Assembly (NCBI GenBank): GCA_030704615.1
Contig: CM060733.1
Location: 14,756,001 to 14,820,000 of the forward strand
Direction of reading: 5' to 3'
DNA from: Takakia lepidozioides
Lineage: Eukaryota > Plantae > Bryophyta
DNA: 64,000 bases
The translations under genes and the position numbers were made by a program. Of this stretch, positions 39,601-52,700 are shown piece after piece; the first letter of the stretch is position 1, and each line of letters starts with the position of its first letter. The notes under the pieces were generated by a model. That model saw only the letters and a list, made by a program, of their open reading frames with translations, did no database searches and had not been told where the DNA came from.

Positions 39601-42360
39601 ATGCAGTAATTTGGTTCTAGTTTCTTAGGACCTCCAGTGGATCTATAAATTCCTTTCCTCCTTTCTTCCTTTCTTTGTCCCTCTCTCAGGTGTAACATCC
39701 TCATCAATGTTCGACAGCAAAAGAAACGCTGTTGCTACAACACTAGCATTGAGATTCACTACAATGTTTAGTATGAACTTCACATGTAGGCCAACATTCA
39801 CTGGACTTCAAAAATGCTCACCTCCACCCCATTTCTGACAGGATTGAAGTCAATAAGTGAAAGGCCTTCTGTAGATTGCTGGATACATTTGTCAATCTCC
39901 GTATGGAGAGGGTTTGGTGGGCACCCAGTCAACACCACTATAGGAATTGTCCCATCAAGATGCTCATAAAACCATGATGCCACTGCTTCAACTCCTGCAA
40001 CGTGTGGAAGGAACAGACAAACAACAAAGCATAGTTACATGATGACTAGTGATCATATACTGTGAAAGCATACCAATGACTAGGTCTGAATGTGTTGACA
40101 TAAGACAAGCAGAACAACACCACAACTCACCTTAGCTACATAACAAAATGCCAAGGAAAATGTGCCCTAAACAAGGTTTCTCCACATGAACTGTGCACAG
40201 ACACACACACACACACACACACATGTATATCATGCAAATGCAGAGTAAAGCTCCAAACCTACATGCAAACAGTAACCAAATAAAAGCAGAGGATGAGATC
40301 CAATGCAGAAACTGAAGCTCTTTGCTAGGAGAAAACGACGAACTTCAAAAGGAAGAAATGAAATGGCACTTTATAAAAGGAAATAATTCAGAGAACAACA
40401 CAAACAGCTATATTCAAGAGTCAGTTGCAGATAGAAAACTTCTCTCCCACTTGTAGAATAGCAGTGATGTAGACTCCCCCTCCTTACCTTTCAAATGATG
40501 CTTAGGGGCACCTTCAGATAAATCGGAATGCAAGCTCCAGGTATAGACACAGTGCAAGTCATCAAAGAACATGCTGCGACGCCGCCGGTCAGTAAATAGT
40601 GACCTGCATATGCCCTGGATTTTTTCAGGACAAAGACAGCAACCACCTGACTCAAATGAATATGATCACATGAAACAGTACATCTCACTTCAATAGCCTA
40701 ACATATAGACCGACACATTTCATATGAAATAGGATGAGCATACCTCAATTTGGAAGAAATTCGCTGGTTAGAATGTGCCAGAACCTGCCAATCACAGACC
40801 AGCATCCCCCTTTAAAACAGAAAGAACCGAAAATTTTCTCCCAGGACAGTCCCAAGGGTCCATAGGACAAAGTAGAATGAGGTAGAGGGACATGCCCAAT
40901 GAATTGTGCTCACAGTAGGCGTGTTGACATAAACCCCACCCGATCTTAATGAGGGGAAAAGGTGCAAGAGGTTGGAAACAGCAAACAGAAAGTGGAGCAG
41001 AGGAAGAGAAACGCAGCAGGAAGTAGAATCTCACCTCCTTTACAACTGACGCAAGATAAATAACAGCAGTAACCTGAGGAAGCTCCAGAATCTCCCAGTA
41101 GTGAAGCAATGCCTCCACATCTGGAACCTGCAACCCAGTAAATCCACGAATTCTCACCAGCTAAGCTGAAGACATAAAGACATAGAGAAAAACAATCCAC
41201 AGAAGTTCGACTCTCACAGCCACAAAGTTTGACTCGTATGTATTCACAGACTAGATGATTGATAAAAGTGATCTCCTAACATAGGCAAGACAAGGTTGTG
41301 AGTGCGTTGGATTCAGTCAATTTTGTAGGATAAAGTTCATGGAGAGAACCATTCTGAACCTTGGAGTCTTAGGCCCACTACAACACATGCAAAAATTGCA
41401 AGAGTCTGGGGAGAGGACCAAGGACTCAACAATCTCACTGTCAATGATTCTGTGAAGAGTGAATCCCGCTACATATTATACATATTATATCTTCTCAAGT
41501 CCATTAAACCTGAGGAAAATCGTGGAAGAGACTCCCACCACATAGTGAGTGGCATCGGATGGCAAGGAGGGTGCATCCTGTATGCAAGACCCACAAAGAG
41601 CGCTTCCACATGGTATATCATCACGCACATAGACCTCTTGAACTGTAATCCCCACAGAATTGGCACGTTTTTTCATCCGGAACTTTCGAACAACCTACAT
41701 CAACACATGAACCCATTCAAACTTCAGATCCACACTTTGCCAAAATTATGACCACCTGGAAGAAAGTGTTCGTGGTAGGGTAATGTGAGAAGGGAACACA
41801 TTCACAGGCAATACAGATTGTCCAGTGATCCTGGAGAGAAGGATAGAAGAGAGTGAGACACAACAGGAATTTGATGGTGTTCATACCGACAAAGGATAAG
41901 GTGATTAGGTCACATCTATGGCTCGCAGTGTAACCAGAGTTTGATAAAGAGGATAGCCCTGTGACCCACTACCAGCCCAAAAGTCTCTCACAGCGGCATC
42001 GTATCCATCGTACTACCTTAAGCTACTCATAGACCTCATAACTTCCTCCAACTTTCCATTGTCATCTTTCTGTCCCATAGCCCCATCTCTCTCTGTTTCT
42101 TTGAGCACCCCTTAACAATCCCCCCATCATATCGTGCATGTGTGCAGATGGTCAAGCTCCCTAGATATCCCGCCAACCAGTGATATACACTAGACTCCTT
42201 CCTAATTCACGATTCTTTGTATTTTTCCTCTAAGCCTCCCACTTTTTGAGTACTTCTACTAGTTGATAATTTTGTACTTATAGTGGCAACCTCGTTATGA
42301 ACAAGTGTGATTTTGGGGCAAGCCATTAATCACCTCGACCAAGTCTTCTCTCCGTCTCAT
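27616..42360 (-). CDS. DIS3L: DIS3/RRP44-family 3'-5' exoribonuclease (CR3-PIN-CSD-RNB-S1), DIS3L1-like, ~1270 aa, ~33 exons
   Basis: Phase-consistent GT-AG exons: 42360-42334 (tentative), 41694-41539, 41127-41035, 40784-40744, 40603-40488, 39994-39822, 39028-38954, 38730-38613, 37785-37689, 37104-37041, 36743-36445, 36324-36279, 36060-35867, 35033-34929, 34841-34769, 34530-34400, 34032-33900, 33595-33470, 33246-33130, 32913-32849, 32439-32367, 32250-32206, 32068-32015, 31428-31390, 30991-30924, 30678-30501, 30188-30075, 29794-29720, 29568-29437, 29130-29058, 28881-28534, 28416-28181, 27744-27616 (tentative). Motifs: [79 protein letters not shown]. Family call is firm; the paralog call is less so. 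Confidence 0.9.
39371..39417 (+). repeat. 3' end of a dispersed retroposon-like repeat with an (ATTTC)n tail, intronic
   Basis: GAGCTTTCCAGGACGTTATAAAGTACC followed by ATTTC-type repeats. Reverse-strand homologues at 45556-45608 and 40355-40376. Confidence 0.6.
40201..40223. repeat. (AC)n microsatellite in an intron
   Basis: Directly visible ACACAC run. Confidence 0.95.
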
Positions 42361-42382
42361 GGATAGGAAAGTCGTCAGGGGT

Positions 42383-42396
42383 AAACCCTAAACCCT
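42383..42396. promoter_or_regulatory. Tandem telo-box (AAACCCTA) just upstream of the exoribonuclease start
   Basis: AAACCCTAAACCCT lies 23 bp upstream of the proposed ATG at 42360. Telo-boxes are typical near the TSS of plant translation and RNA-processing genes. Confidence 0.5.
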
Positions 42397-45243
42397 GGCA
42401 GCTACTAACAGTAGAGACTTGGCAACAAAAACTCAGAAGAATAGTTTTTGCACACTGTTCTATACACAGGCTCCTAAGCTAGAGCTACCCTAAACCACAC
42501 CATTAGTTCATCAGATCCTGCCATCTTCTGGCATTTCTACAATTTCTAACCTTCTCTGCATATTGACCATACGATTTTTTTTATCCAATCCTTGACCATA
42601 GAATTTGGGGCACATAAGCTAGGCAGAATGGAAATTCAACGAGAATAGAGCTTAGTCAGCATATTTTTCTGCTGAATGCATATTCTTTACTTGCCACACT
42701 ATCCCTATCGCTATGGTGAGTGGTAAAGAGAAAGAAGCTCGAAACCTCAGACACACAGGCTCATACGAATTATTTGCTCATTCACTTCATGCACTTTCGT
42801 GGTGACATACAGTGCTCACTGATAGACTGCCCAAAAGACATGAGGGACACACCACATAGATCAGGAAGGCATGGGTGGGCGACAGACCTGGCGATCCAGC
42901 CACCCAGTCATAGCTCCCTGCTTCCACTTGCTTCCTGCAATGCACCTTAGAATCTGGAAAACTGTTCTTAAAACTACAGCTCTAGATTTGAATCTCCAGA
43001 TTCTGATGAAGCCCAATCCAATGCCATATATAACAGCAATCCAGCCACAGCTCCATATTGTCGAATCCTCCAGGCAATTCGGACTTCAGCTCCACATCTT
43101 AAAGTCTTTTTAAGCGTTCCTATTACACCTGCTAAGATGGAAATCACTACTATCGTTAGAAAATAGAACAATTTGGAAGCTACCAGTTCTCTGCCGCTTA
43201 GGAATATCAAATGCTTACAAGAGATCATCAACAATAGCGAGCATGTTACCCTTCTACCCTGCCTGTGCAGCTCCCAACACATTCTACCTAACCATAGCGT
43301 GTCCTTCAACAGTTTCAAACCCAATCAACTCATGATTGGAAATCCCTCCGGTTGGACTCAGCCATATTTCAAATACTCCCTCAGCCACGACCGGCACACC
43401 TGTTTCGCCAGATTTTTCTCCTATGGAAAGGACCGTCATCATCTCCGTTCCTCTACCTCCAGAATAATGCCACTTCCACTCCGCTGCTGGTAATTTCCAT
43501 TGTAAACATCCCAGCCCAAGAACACTCGAGAATAGGGCACGGATTGCTGTGCACGCCCAGCTTCGAAAACTCGACAACTGCCCCCAAAAATGGTGAATGG
43601 TGAATGGAATTCAAAATGGTGAATTTTTCCAAAACATGGGGCTTACATAGTTCTGAGGCAGATCAGGGTGGGCTGGTGGGTTTGCGAGAATCAAGCCATT
43701 CCTGTGCTTCTTGGCAATTGGAGGTCCTTACAAGAAGGACACCCTGTGCGTGTGGGTACCCTGAATACTTGAAACCAAGGCACTAGTACGTTGTGAATTA
43801 TACCCCTTTTGAATCTCCCCTCTGAGCCTATCAACGTTTAGTATTGGAGGTTTCAAACATTCGTTTGCAAGGAAGGATCATGGGATACAAGTAAGATTGA
43901 CCTAGAGCACCCAACAACAGATATGAAGGTGGGTCCCCGAGGCTTCCTGTGAGTGACTTGCAATCATGTTCATGGGACCCATTTGGGAAGTCTCCTCGAC
44001 TGAAGTCAAGCCAACCATCGATCGACCACCTGTTTTCTCACAGTACCCTTGGAAATTTGGAAATCAGACAAGACAAACTGTGAAGACGCCTACATTCTCT
44101 GCCCTACAACAGGCTACTGTGACAGATGTTAGAGGCTGAAGCTTTTCTTTCCTTTGCCAGCATTGCCAACTTAACCTGATTCTGATACAGACTTTTACAC
44201 TTGTCACCTATGATACGTGATCGAGGTCAGCTTCAAAATTCGCCACTGCAATTCTCAATTAAAGCTCAAATGTATGCATGGCGACTAGAGCTACGCTCCA
44301 GTGGAACGGTGCAGATGGGTACTGCCAGATCGAGCAGTAGGTGAGGTGGTTTCCATCGTTGTGCAGGTGCAGCTGTTGACGAAGACATGTTTTATCATTT
44401 AGTATCATTCCACTGTCCAGTCAATGAGACAAACAATATAAAGAGCGGTGAAGAGGGTTTTGGATGATGACGAACAATCCACCAGGCTGTTGTAAGTTTA
44501 CCATACATGGACTTTCCAATACAACAGTCTTGAAAAGGATCGAGTCAGAAGAAAGGGGTGACAAGATTGACAGGCTTCAACACTGCATTGACATTGCCAA
44601 CCACCATTTAACTCGATTCAAGTCCAGTGAAGCTTATTAGTAATCGAATTTGTCTGTGAGATTTCATTTAGACCTAGAAAATTTGAGAGAGGGAGTCAAG
44701 AGAAGGATTTGCTATTTGGAGGCCACATGTGTGACAATGGCTTGCCATAGCCCCTGACAACCCCTTCAAGAGTTCTCTAAAGTCTTTTTCAGCCTGGCTA
44801 GAAAGCCGTGGGAGAGAGTTTATTAAAGAAAGCAAGGTCTTTCTGTTAAGTTACACAGTAAGCTTGGCTACCTTGGAATGGTATAGAACACAAGTCCCCT
44901 GACAAATCCCAGGATAACCTCTTGTATTGCACACAGCAACAGAAAGAATTATCTGGTGGAAGCTCGAGACGACATGTTTGGAAAGAGAGAACCGAGCAGA
45001 AGCCCACTAGACATAGCACTCCCCCTTGGGAGTGCCCTTGGCCATATAGAAGGGCTGCGGACCAGCTCCAAGTCAAAAGTGAAGTTTGTGAATTCAACCT
45101 CTTATTGATACCTGGTCAGAGAATCAAGTCATGGCCTCTGACGCCGAAACCCCAGTTCAGGGAGGAGAGAACCAGCCCTGCTTGAGGCCAAAAATTGGAG
45201 GGTGTGAAATGAATGCCGGGTAAACTGGCGGCTGTCTTTCAGG

Positions 45244-48200
45244 TCAAGAATTGTGAACCATAAAATCCCCCATCATCCTTCCTTCGAGACTCTTGCCAGT
45301 TCCAGGGAGCATACAGCTTGACGACATGATGGCATGTGGCTGAGACCGCGACCGGAGGTGAGTGGGTGGAGCAACACCATTTCCATTCGAAATAGGTTCC
45401 ATCCCGCTGGTAAATGCATCAGAGCCCCCCGAAGTCGCCTCACTCACCTGTGATGTACCCAAATCAAGCTTGCTGAATTGTTGTTGCTGGAGGTCGTAAG
45501 CAGAGGGGGTTGCAGTCTGCTGCTGCTGTTATCATGACAAAGCTTTTATTAGAGAGAAATGGAATGGAATGAAATGAAATGGTACTTTATAACGTCCGCA
45601 GAAAGCTCATGGGACAAAAGGGAGAAACCAGAAAGAAGAGAAAAAACCACACCCAAAAGCAGAAACTACTGCTGCCAAGCATTTCTGATTCTCATAATGG
45701 AAGACCTCAGTGAGAGGCAATAAAAGGAGAAGTGTTCTTCAGTTTCGATTTCAGGGAAAGAAACTTTATAAAGTCCAGAGAAGCGTCACCCTCCAACGTT
45801 TCAACCCACAGGCACAGCACAATTTTTAGAGTCAGAAATCAACAACCAACTCACCGGCTGCTGCAAATGCTGCTGGTGCTGTTGCATTTGCTGCTGCTGA
45901 TAGAGCTGCCGAAGTCTCTGAACCTCCTTCTTCAATGCCTCATTATGTGCTGTGATGTCATTGACCCAACACCCCAAATAGAAAACCTATACATCAGTCG
46001 GGGTTAACTAACTGTACCTAAGACTTGAAACTCAGACTTCAAATCTTTGAAAAATAGAAGTATCTTCTACAGTGTCTAGAGTATGTAGTGATCTAGCTAT
46101 CACACGTGACAACACAACCCATACTTGGTGACATCCTTGCAATCAGAGTATATGTGCTAGTCCCAGGACTTAAGGTTTGGGGTCAGCACCAGGCCTTGAT
46201 ATTCAGTTATGTAGGCAGGGGTATCCCAGTAAGATGCGAAATGATACATGCCCAATCCAAAATTAACATGTATTGGTAACTATTCTTTGAGCACTCACTG
46301 GAAACTTTCTTTTTAACACATTGCTGATAACCCAGTGATGCTGGGAGCACTCCTGGTATGAAGATTGCCTACCACAGAAACCTAACTAGTCATGTCCCAT
46401 TTCGTTCACAAACAAGGACAAGGAGAGGAATTGCAGCCAGGAGGGAACTAAGTTAAGAGAAATTTCACTCTCTAAGAAGATCGTAAGGAGGTTCTTACTG
46501 CTTACCCTCCTTGAACCGTTGGCCTTGGGAAAGGGCAGCCATCTTTTGTTTGATTGTGTTGTTGTCGACATTGAGGACCGCTCTGCGATGCTCAAAAAAT
46601 GCCACCTGCGGTGACATTGTGGAGACCTCTGTCTGCAGCCAAACACATGGTCTCAGAGGCAAAACTTCACAAGATGATTATAAGCTGTGTTCCTTATTTC
46701 TGAGCTTAGTTCTGTGTAAAAGAGACTTATGGAGGCTCAATCATCGTTACCAGTTCAGAACCTCCCAGATGAGCATCACCCCGAGACATGTAAGAAGGCC
46801 CCTAAATTTTCCACCACCTAATCAGGAGGTTTTGCAAGCTATCTCAAACGGACCATGGATAGTCCTTGCTCCATTTTGTTGCTGCAAAAAGACTAATAAT
46901 TTCTCCTTTGCATTAATACCCTAATCACCTAGGCCTGAAGCCTGAATACCATGAAACTCCAATGTTGCTAGTCAGAAAGACATAAAGCTCAACTCTCCCA
47001 CAACAGTAAAGATAACATGCAGAGCTTAAGACACAGTAGTAACAAAACACTCAGAGAAACCTCTAACAGAGAACATGGATGATTCAAACAGATATGATCA
47101 TTCAATAATTGGCTCAATCAACTCATTATAACACCTCCCAAACAGGAAAAATATGAATACGCATAGACAGGAAGAAAGTATCGGAGAGAGAAGACTCCGG
47201 CCAAAGCAGGCGTAACTAAGAGCCACTTCGCCTTGTGGCTACTACCCCCTTTCAGGGGGGGGCCCAGAAAGCATCAAGGACGGGAAAACTGGGGCTGGAA
47301 TCCATTTGTCTGAAAATCGAATAACCGTAGGTGCTCTGCTCCAACCAGATTGCCACTCGGAAAGGTCTAAATGAGGTTCTTATGTATACAAAAAGAGGAG
47401 TAGCTTCACACAAGCAACTGGAGAATACATGAATCTCAGTAAGCGGGTCCTCAGATCGAACAAATTATCAACAAGCGCCACCAGTGCCTTGAAGTCCTTA
47501 CAAGCTACATACAACATGACAGGAACTTACGTCCATCAAGGAGCTCATGCAGCATACAGTTTCAATCAACGGCTAAGGAGCCTCGAGGTAGAACCAGCAC
47601 CTGTAAGGTGGTGACACTTCTCTCCAGCTCAGCAATATACTGCAGCTTGCGGACTCGTGAGCGCTGTGCTGACTGCCTGTTGGCCAGGATCCTGGAAACC
47701 AAAGCATATTTAGGTTCACGTAATCCCTCTATTATAACTTTGACCCAGACCGGTTCCTTCAACCTCCCATTGATCAGCAAGTCTCCCATTTGAGAAGAAA
47801 CAAAACATCTAAGCTACTCAGTGCGAGGACCCCATGGAGAAGAGGGTGATCAAGCCAGTAGTGAGCTCTCTTGTGCTTGCAATGATATTTCAATAGAAAT
47901 GAATATCTTGGCTCACCGCTTGGCTCGCTTAGGATCCAGACTTGCATCAAGCCCAGATAAGGACTGCAAGTCCCCTTTCATAAACTGCTGGAAAGAACCA
48001 TCACCATCACCTATACTTTGCACCTCTGGTTCGCTCTTGAACTTGCCAAGACCTGTCCTCAACTCCTCGTTTGACACCTCACTCACGCTGTTGCTATCAG
48101 AGGGAGTCGAAGGGTTTTCAGGGGTTGTTGCAGGGGTTCGCCCTCTCTCTGATGTCCAGGTCTCACTTGCAGAGCTGGCACCTGCATTATTGGCACAAGT

Positions 48201-49434
48201 CGCTCGCATGGTGGCATCTGCCTGAGTTGTCTGGTTGGCCAGCTGCTTCTGGAAAGGCTCGATGTCGCCACCAAACATAGACATGAGTTGATCCTCGTCC
48301 AGCCTATCAGTCAAAGAACCAATCACAATTAAAGTGGATGTCTAGGCTCGAGTATTTCAAATGAAAAGGCTTGGATTACGGGCTAAGCAGCAATGACGCT
48401 TGGAAGCTCTTTTGTTCTCCTTACAATTATGAAGTATCAGCCCCGATGAACACCAACATCTGAGCACTGGCGGAAAGTTCCCTGGGATGGGTGCACCAAG
48501 ACATAGAACAACAGGCCCGGGAATTTCTCCCAAGTATTATTTCATTGAACACGGCTGGCATGTACTTGGTCAAACTTGGGTCCCTTGCAGAAAATACAAA
48601 ACATTACAGTGAGTAAATACACACCTGTCAAAGTCCAGGGAGCCACCCACAGAATGAATAGAAACCACACTTTGGGTCTCAAACTCCTCCTCTTCAGTGA
48701 TGTTTTGATCCAGATTCTTCGAGAAATTGGCAGGGGAATCCAGAAATGCCACAGAGTCACTGGCTGACCGCCTGTGCGAGCCCCTTTTAAAGGGAGCTTC
48801 AGGTGCCTCGATGATCTCATCTAACCAAGAGGGCTGCACAAATAGATTCCCACCAAATCCGCTACATTAAAGTTGTTTACCCACTACACTATCTGGACTT
48901 CCACTCTCAATAAAGGGGGGTAATTTGGTCCATTACATCTACCTACTGATTTTTCAAATAACACGATGGGAATTATTGGTGGACAGAACTCATTATTTCA
49001 CGGAAATGTCCGTGCATTTAGCATGTGTTGCATATGCTGTATCACATCACACCCATACTACTGACATGTCCAGTTTATGATTTCTAACCGAAATCTGGAG
49101 GGCATTGGCATGCTATCCTTATTACAATGGGCTTATGTGATACTGGCCTTTGTACTCAGAGTGATAACAGGTAGGGTAAGGACAGATACAAGAGGGAAGG
49201 AAGACAGATGGGCAAGGATAAGAGAGCAGGAAGATAAAATAACTTTGAGCTTAAATCTACCTGTGGGAGAAATCCAGCTGAGGGCGTGCGTTTATGGCCC
49301 CCAGTGCGGATATGCATTGTGCCCGACCCTGATCCACTGCTGGGAAAGGCAGGGCTCTTTGGGGGAAGGTGAGTTGGGTTCATCGGGAATGACCAGTTTA
49401 TTGCCCGTCCATCTCCTTTGCCTTGGTTAGCCAT
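45244..49434 (-). CDS. Group E bZIP transcription factor (bZIP34/bZIP61-like), ~454 aa
   Basis: Exons 49434-49261, 48833-48625, 48303-47917, 47691-47601, 46632-46506, 45949-45855, 45525-45244; phase consistent. Motifs [74 protein letters not shown]; Gln-rich tail. Confidence 0.94.
45556..45608 (-). repeat. Second copy of the (ATTTC/ATTCC)n-tailed repeat, in the last bZIP intron
   Basis: The reverse complement reads GAGCTTTC..GGACGTTATAAAGTACC-ATTTCATTTCATTCCATTCC, matching 39371-39417. Confidence 0.6.
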
Positions 49435-49601
49435 AGCCTTGAACGATGACTGTCTGTAGCTTCCTCCTTCCCCCACCTTTCCTCACACCTCCTATGCTAG
49501 CTAAATGGGATATGATGAGGAGAAGCAGCTGTCCACCCTAAAGGCTCCTGCGTCTGATCGGTCCCAGTGCATTTCCTGCCATCACAGCAAATAAAATAAA
49601 T

Positions 49602-49778
49602 ACATCTAACCTAAAATTCACTACAGTATGACCAAGCAAGAAATTGGCAATACTTTCACAGAGAATAAGTAGAAAGCATCTGATGCTGCAACATCTAACA
49701 TAAAATTCCCTACAGTATGACCAAGCAAGAAATTGGCAATACTTTCAGAGAGAATAAGGAGAAAACGTCTGATCTGCA
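49602..49778. repeat. Two-copy ~89-bp tandem duplication in the bZIP 5' leader/intron
   Basis: ACATCTAAC..CTACAGTATGACCAAGCAAGAAATTGGCAATACTTTCA.AGAGAATAAG repeated at 49602 and 49691. Confidence 0.9.
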
Positions 49779-52700
49779 ACTACTAGATCGATATGGCAGA
49801 AGAACAAATACAACTTCGGGCAGGTTTCGGCCCACTGTGATTCTTTCCACACTACAAATATCCCTATGTATGTACTACCCAAGAACTTGTAATGCAACCT
49901 AAAAAAATTATTTGCTCAGGTGATGCATTGTCATCCAAGGGATTTGAGTAAGGGCACAAATTGTCTCACACTATGGTAAATCTTACCATCACCCCAGATA
50001 TATGGTTGTCACTGCTAGAAAAAACTGAGGAAACATTCAAAACTCAAAGCCCTTGCACATGTAGACTCATCAGTGGTCCTCGACCAGTCAAAAAATCATA
50101 TCCAGCCAACAATACTGCCTGAGCTGAAGGTTGGGAATTATCTGGGACTGCATACCAAGACCCTAGCATATCACATCCCACCCAGTTGCATTTTGTTTGC
50201 AATGAGTCTCAGCATGCCAGGAGCAATCAGACATCACTAATCCAACAGACAAAATGTCTAATAATCCTTACACCTTGAGATAGTGCTTGCAGTGCACGAT
50301 AAGAATATTACCACACAGACCATGTAGCCTCTCTCTTCCCCCTTCAAACCCCTCTCCTTGAGTCACTCTTCCCCATATCATTCGTCATTGCAGTGGCCAC
50401 CTCATCTAATATGGAGTCCCCCTCAAAGTAGCAATATCAGCAATTGCATTGCCCCTCTGGATTGCCACAACACTACCATGAGTTTCACCATCTCTATCTG
50501 GACTTTATATGAAGCTTCGCATAGGTTACTTGTGTAATGCGCTCCACATCCAAGGGGGGTTGAGGATTTATGCACTAAACATACTTGGCTCCAAGAAAGC
50601 ATCACCCAGCCTCAGCACGAAACTGATACTGGATTTCACATGGTGGTAGTTCTACAAGAGTTGGAAGAAGCCAGGCCTTCTCTCTCTCTATCTCTCTCTC
50701 ACCTCAAAAATATGTTTTTAGCCACACGCCAGAACATTAAACTCCAGACCCCACTTATGGGTTAGTTAGATCGTTGTATAGAAGTCCAGCATAGCCAGAT
50801 CCACTTCTCGTCAGGGAGTCAAGGTGCATTATCCTCGATCCGGGTTCCGACTTTCCCATCTGACATATTCCCTCCATCGCCTCCGCCTTCCCTGTTACTG
50901 CAGGGGGCTCCTTACCCAGCATAGACGGGGGTGGTCATCTCAGGACGGAGCTTCGCCTTCATTAGATGCAAGAAAGGAACCTCGATGTTCTTCCGCACAC
51001 TGAGGACTTCTTGATCTTCAGGAAAGAAAATGATTCCTTTCTGGAAAAGATGAGGGGGAACCAACAAGCAGCAGCTGACTGCAGGATGAAGGGATTTGAG
51101 TTAAAACAATATGGGTTTAAGCTACCTGAACCTACAAAGAAAAAAACTCCCCCCACCAGCACGAGTGTAGACTCCTCCTTCAGCACGGTCCCTGACCCAG
51201 TTCTCCAAGTCGTGAACAAGTGACAAGACCACAAAAGCTATTCGCCTGGTCGTTCGAAGTCACAAAGAAGAAGACGAAGACAGTTAGACTTGCAAGCTCA
51301 CCTATAATCTTCATCAGCGAGCCAGGAAAACTTCTTTCCTCTAGCACAACTTGTGATAAATTGAGGATGGAATGTCGGTAAGTGGCAAGGCGATCAAATG
51401 ACACCAAGATGATCACCTCTAGGCTACGAGTACTATCATGGCCAATGAAACTGGTGGCAAAACAGGGAGACTATCAGATCATCCCGGTTTCCTTATCTCT
51501 AAACTTTCCTGCTCAATGCTGAGGAAATGACAATGAATGGAAGAAAAGAAACAAACAACTGACGCGATGTGCGGAAGCCTCTGATTGAATCTAAGCTCCA
51601 AACAAGCAGCAGCAGCAGGACTAGAACAACAAAACACGATTGATCGCACTGTGTTCGTAACCTATGACTAATTGGTAAACCATGAGCATGACCAAGAACC
51701 GACAATGCGGCCAACTGACCAATCAACCCACACTCCCCGGGACCTGAGCTGCAAGAAAAGCAGCAGCTAAAAACACAAGCTGCTTGATCCTTGTCAAGAT
51801 TGAGCTACAAAGCACCGTGCACACGATGATGGCCGGCAGAAGGCAGGGCAAGCGATGTGCAGCAGTGATCGCTGCTGCGCCACACACACAATTGGAGCGA
51901 GCAAACAGCCAAGCAGAGCCAAGCGCAGCAAAGCGCAGCAACGCAGGCCAAGAAGCTGCTCCTTCAACTCCCTCCACGCCCGCGCGCCTACTCTTCGCCA
52001 TTTTCACACCACGCTATCACTCCTCTGTCTCAATGCCCGTGCGAGGATTCGAACCCACGCCAGATTATGTTCGCCCATTTCTGGATTCCCAAGATGCCAA
52101 GAACAAACAAATGTATTTATAAATATATATAAAATCATATTACACCAAATTATTCCTCCCAGCCGCCGTCGCCCTAAGTTAGCAGGTGTTACCCTCATTT
52201 TATTTTATATTATTTTAAAATCGTTTTACAAATAAATAAATAAATAAACAAATGAAGGGGCTGTTTACTGAGATTACTTACTACTGGGCTGAGATTACTA
52301 AACAGTAACTTCCTTTTGCCTACTACCCCTTTTGGAGGTGGGCCATAAGACTAAGTCACCAAACCTTACTTACAAAAGTCAAGCCTAATTCACTACAGGA
52401 AGTGAGCAGGAGAGGTGGCTATGGGGGCCCAATACACATGCCCAAAAGGCACTAACTTAGGTATTTCGGTTTTGGGTAGTCTAAAGAGCCCCAAGTTCCC
52501 ACCGAAATCTGATCGCCTAAAAGTAGGTTGAATGGGGCACTAAAACATTTATCAATACTGTGTCTATTTATCCTCAATTTTAGTTAGCGGACTGGGTGTT
52601 AGGAGTCATGGTGAACGAAATCAAAGTATTGATTGGTTATACCATTGGAATAAGTGTAGTTTGACCGACACATGGAAATGTGTCTACAGGGTATATAAAC

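Noticed and set aside
42700-43800. Possible LINE 3' remnant on the minus strand (IRIWRFKSR-like peptide)
   Set aside because: Too degraded. No RT or zinc-finger motif could be read with confidence.
52034-52062. tRNA-like GGCGTGGGTTCGAATCCTCGCACGGGCA on the minus strand
   Set aside because: Only a T-arm/B-box-like half is present. No D-arm, anticodon arm or pairing acceptor stem could be built.
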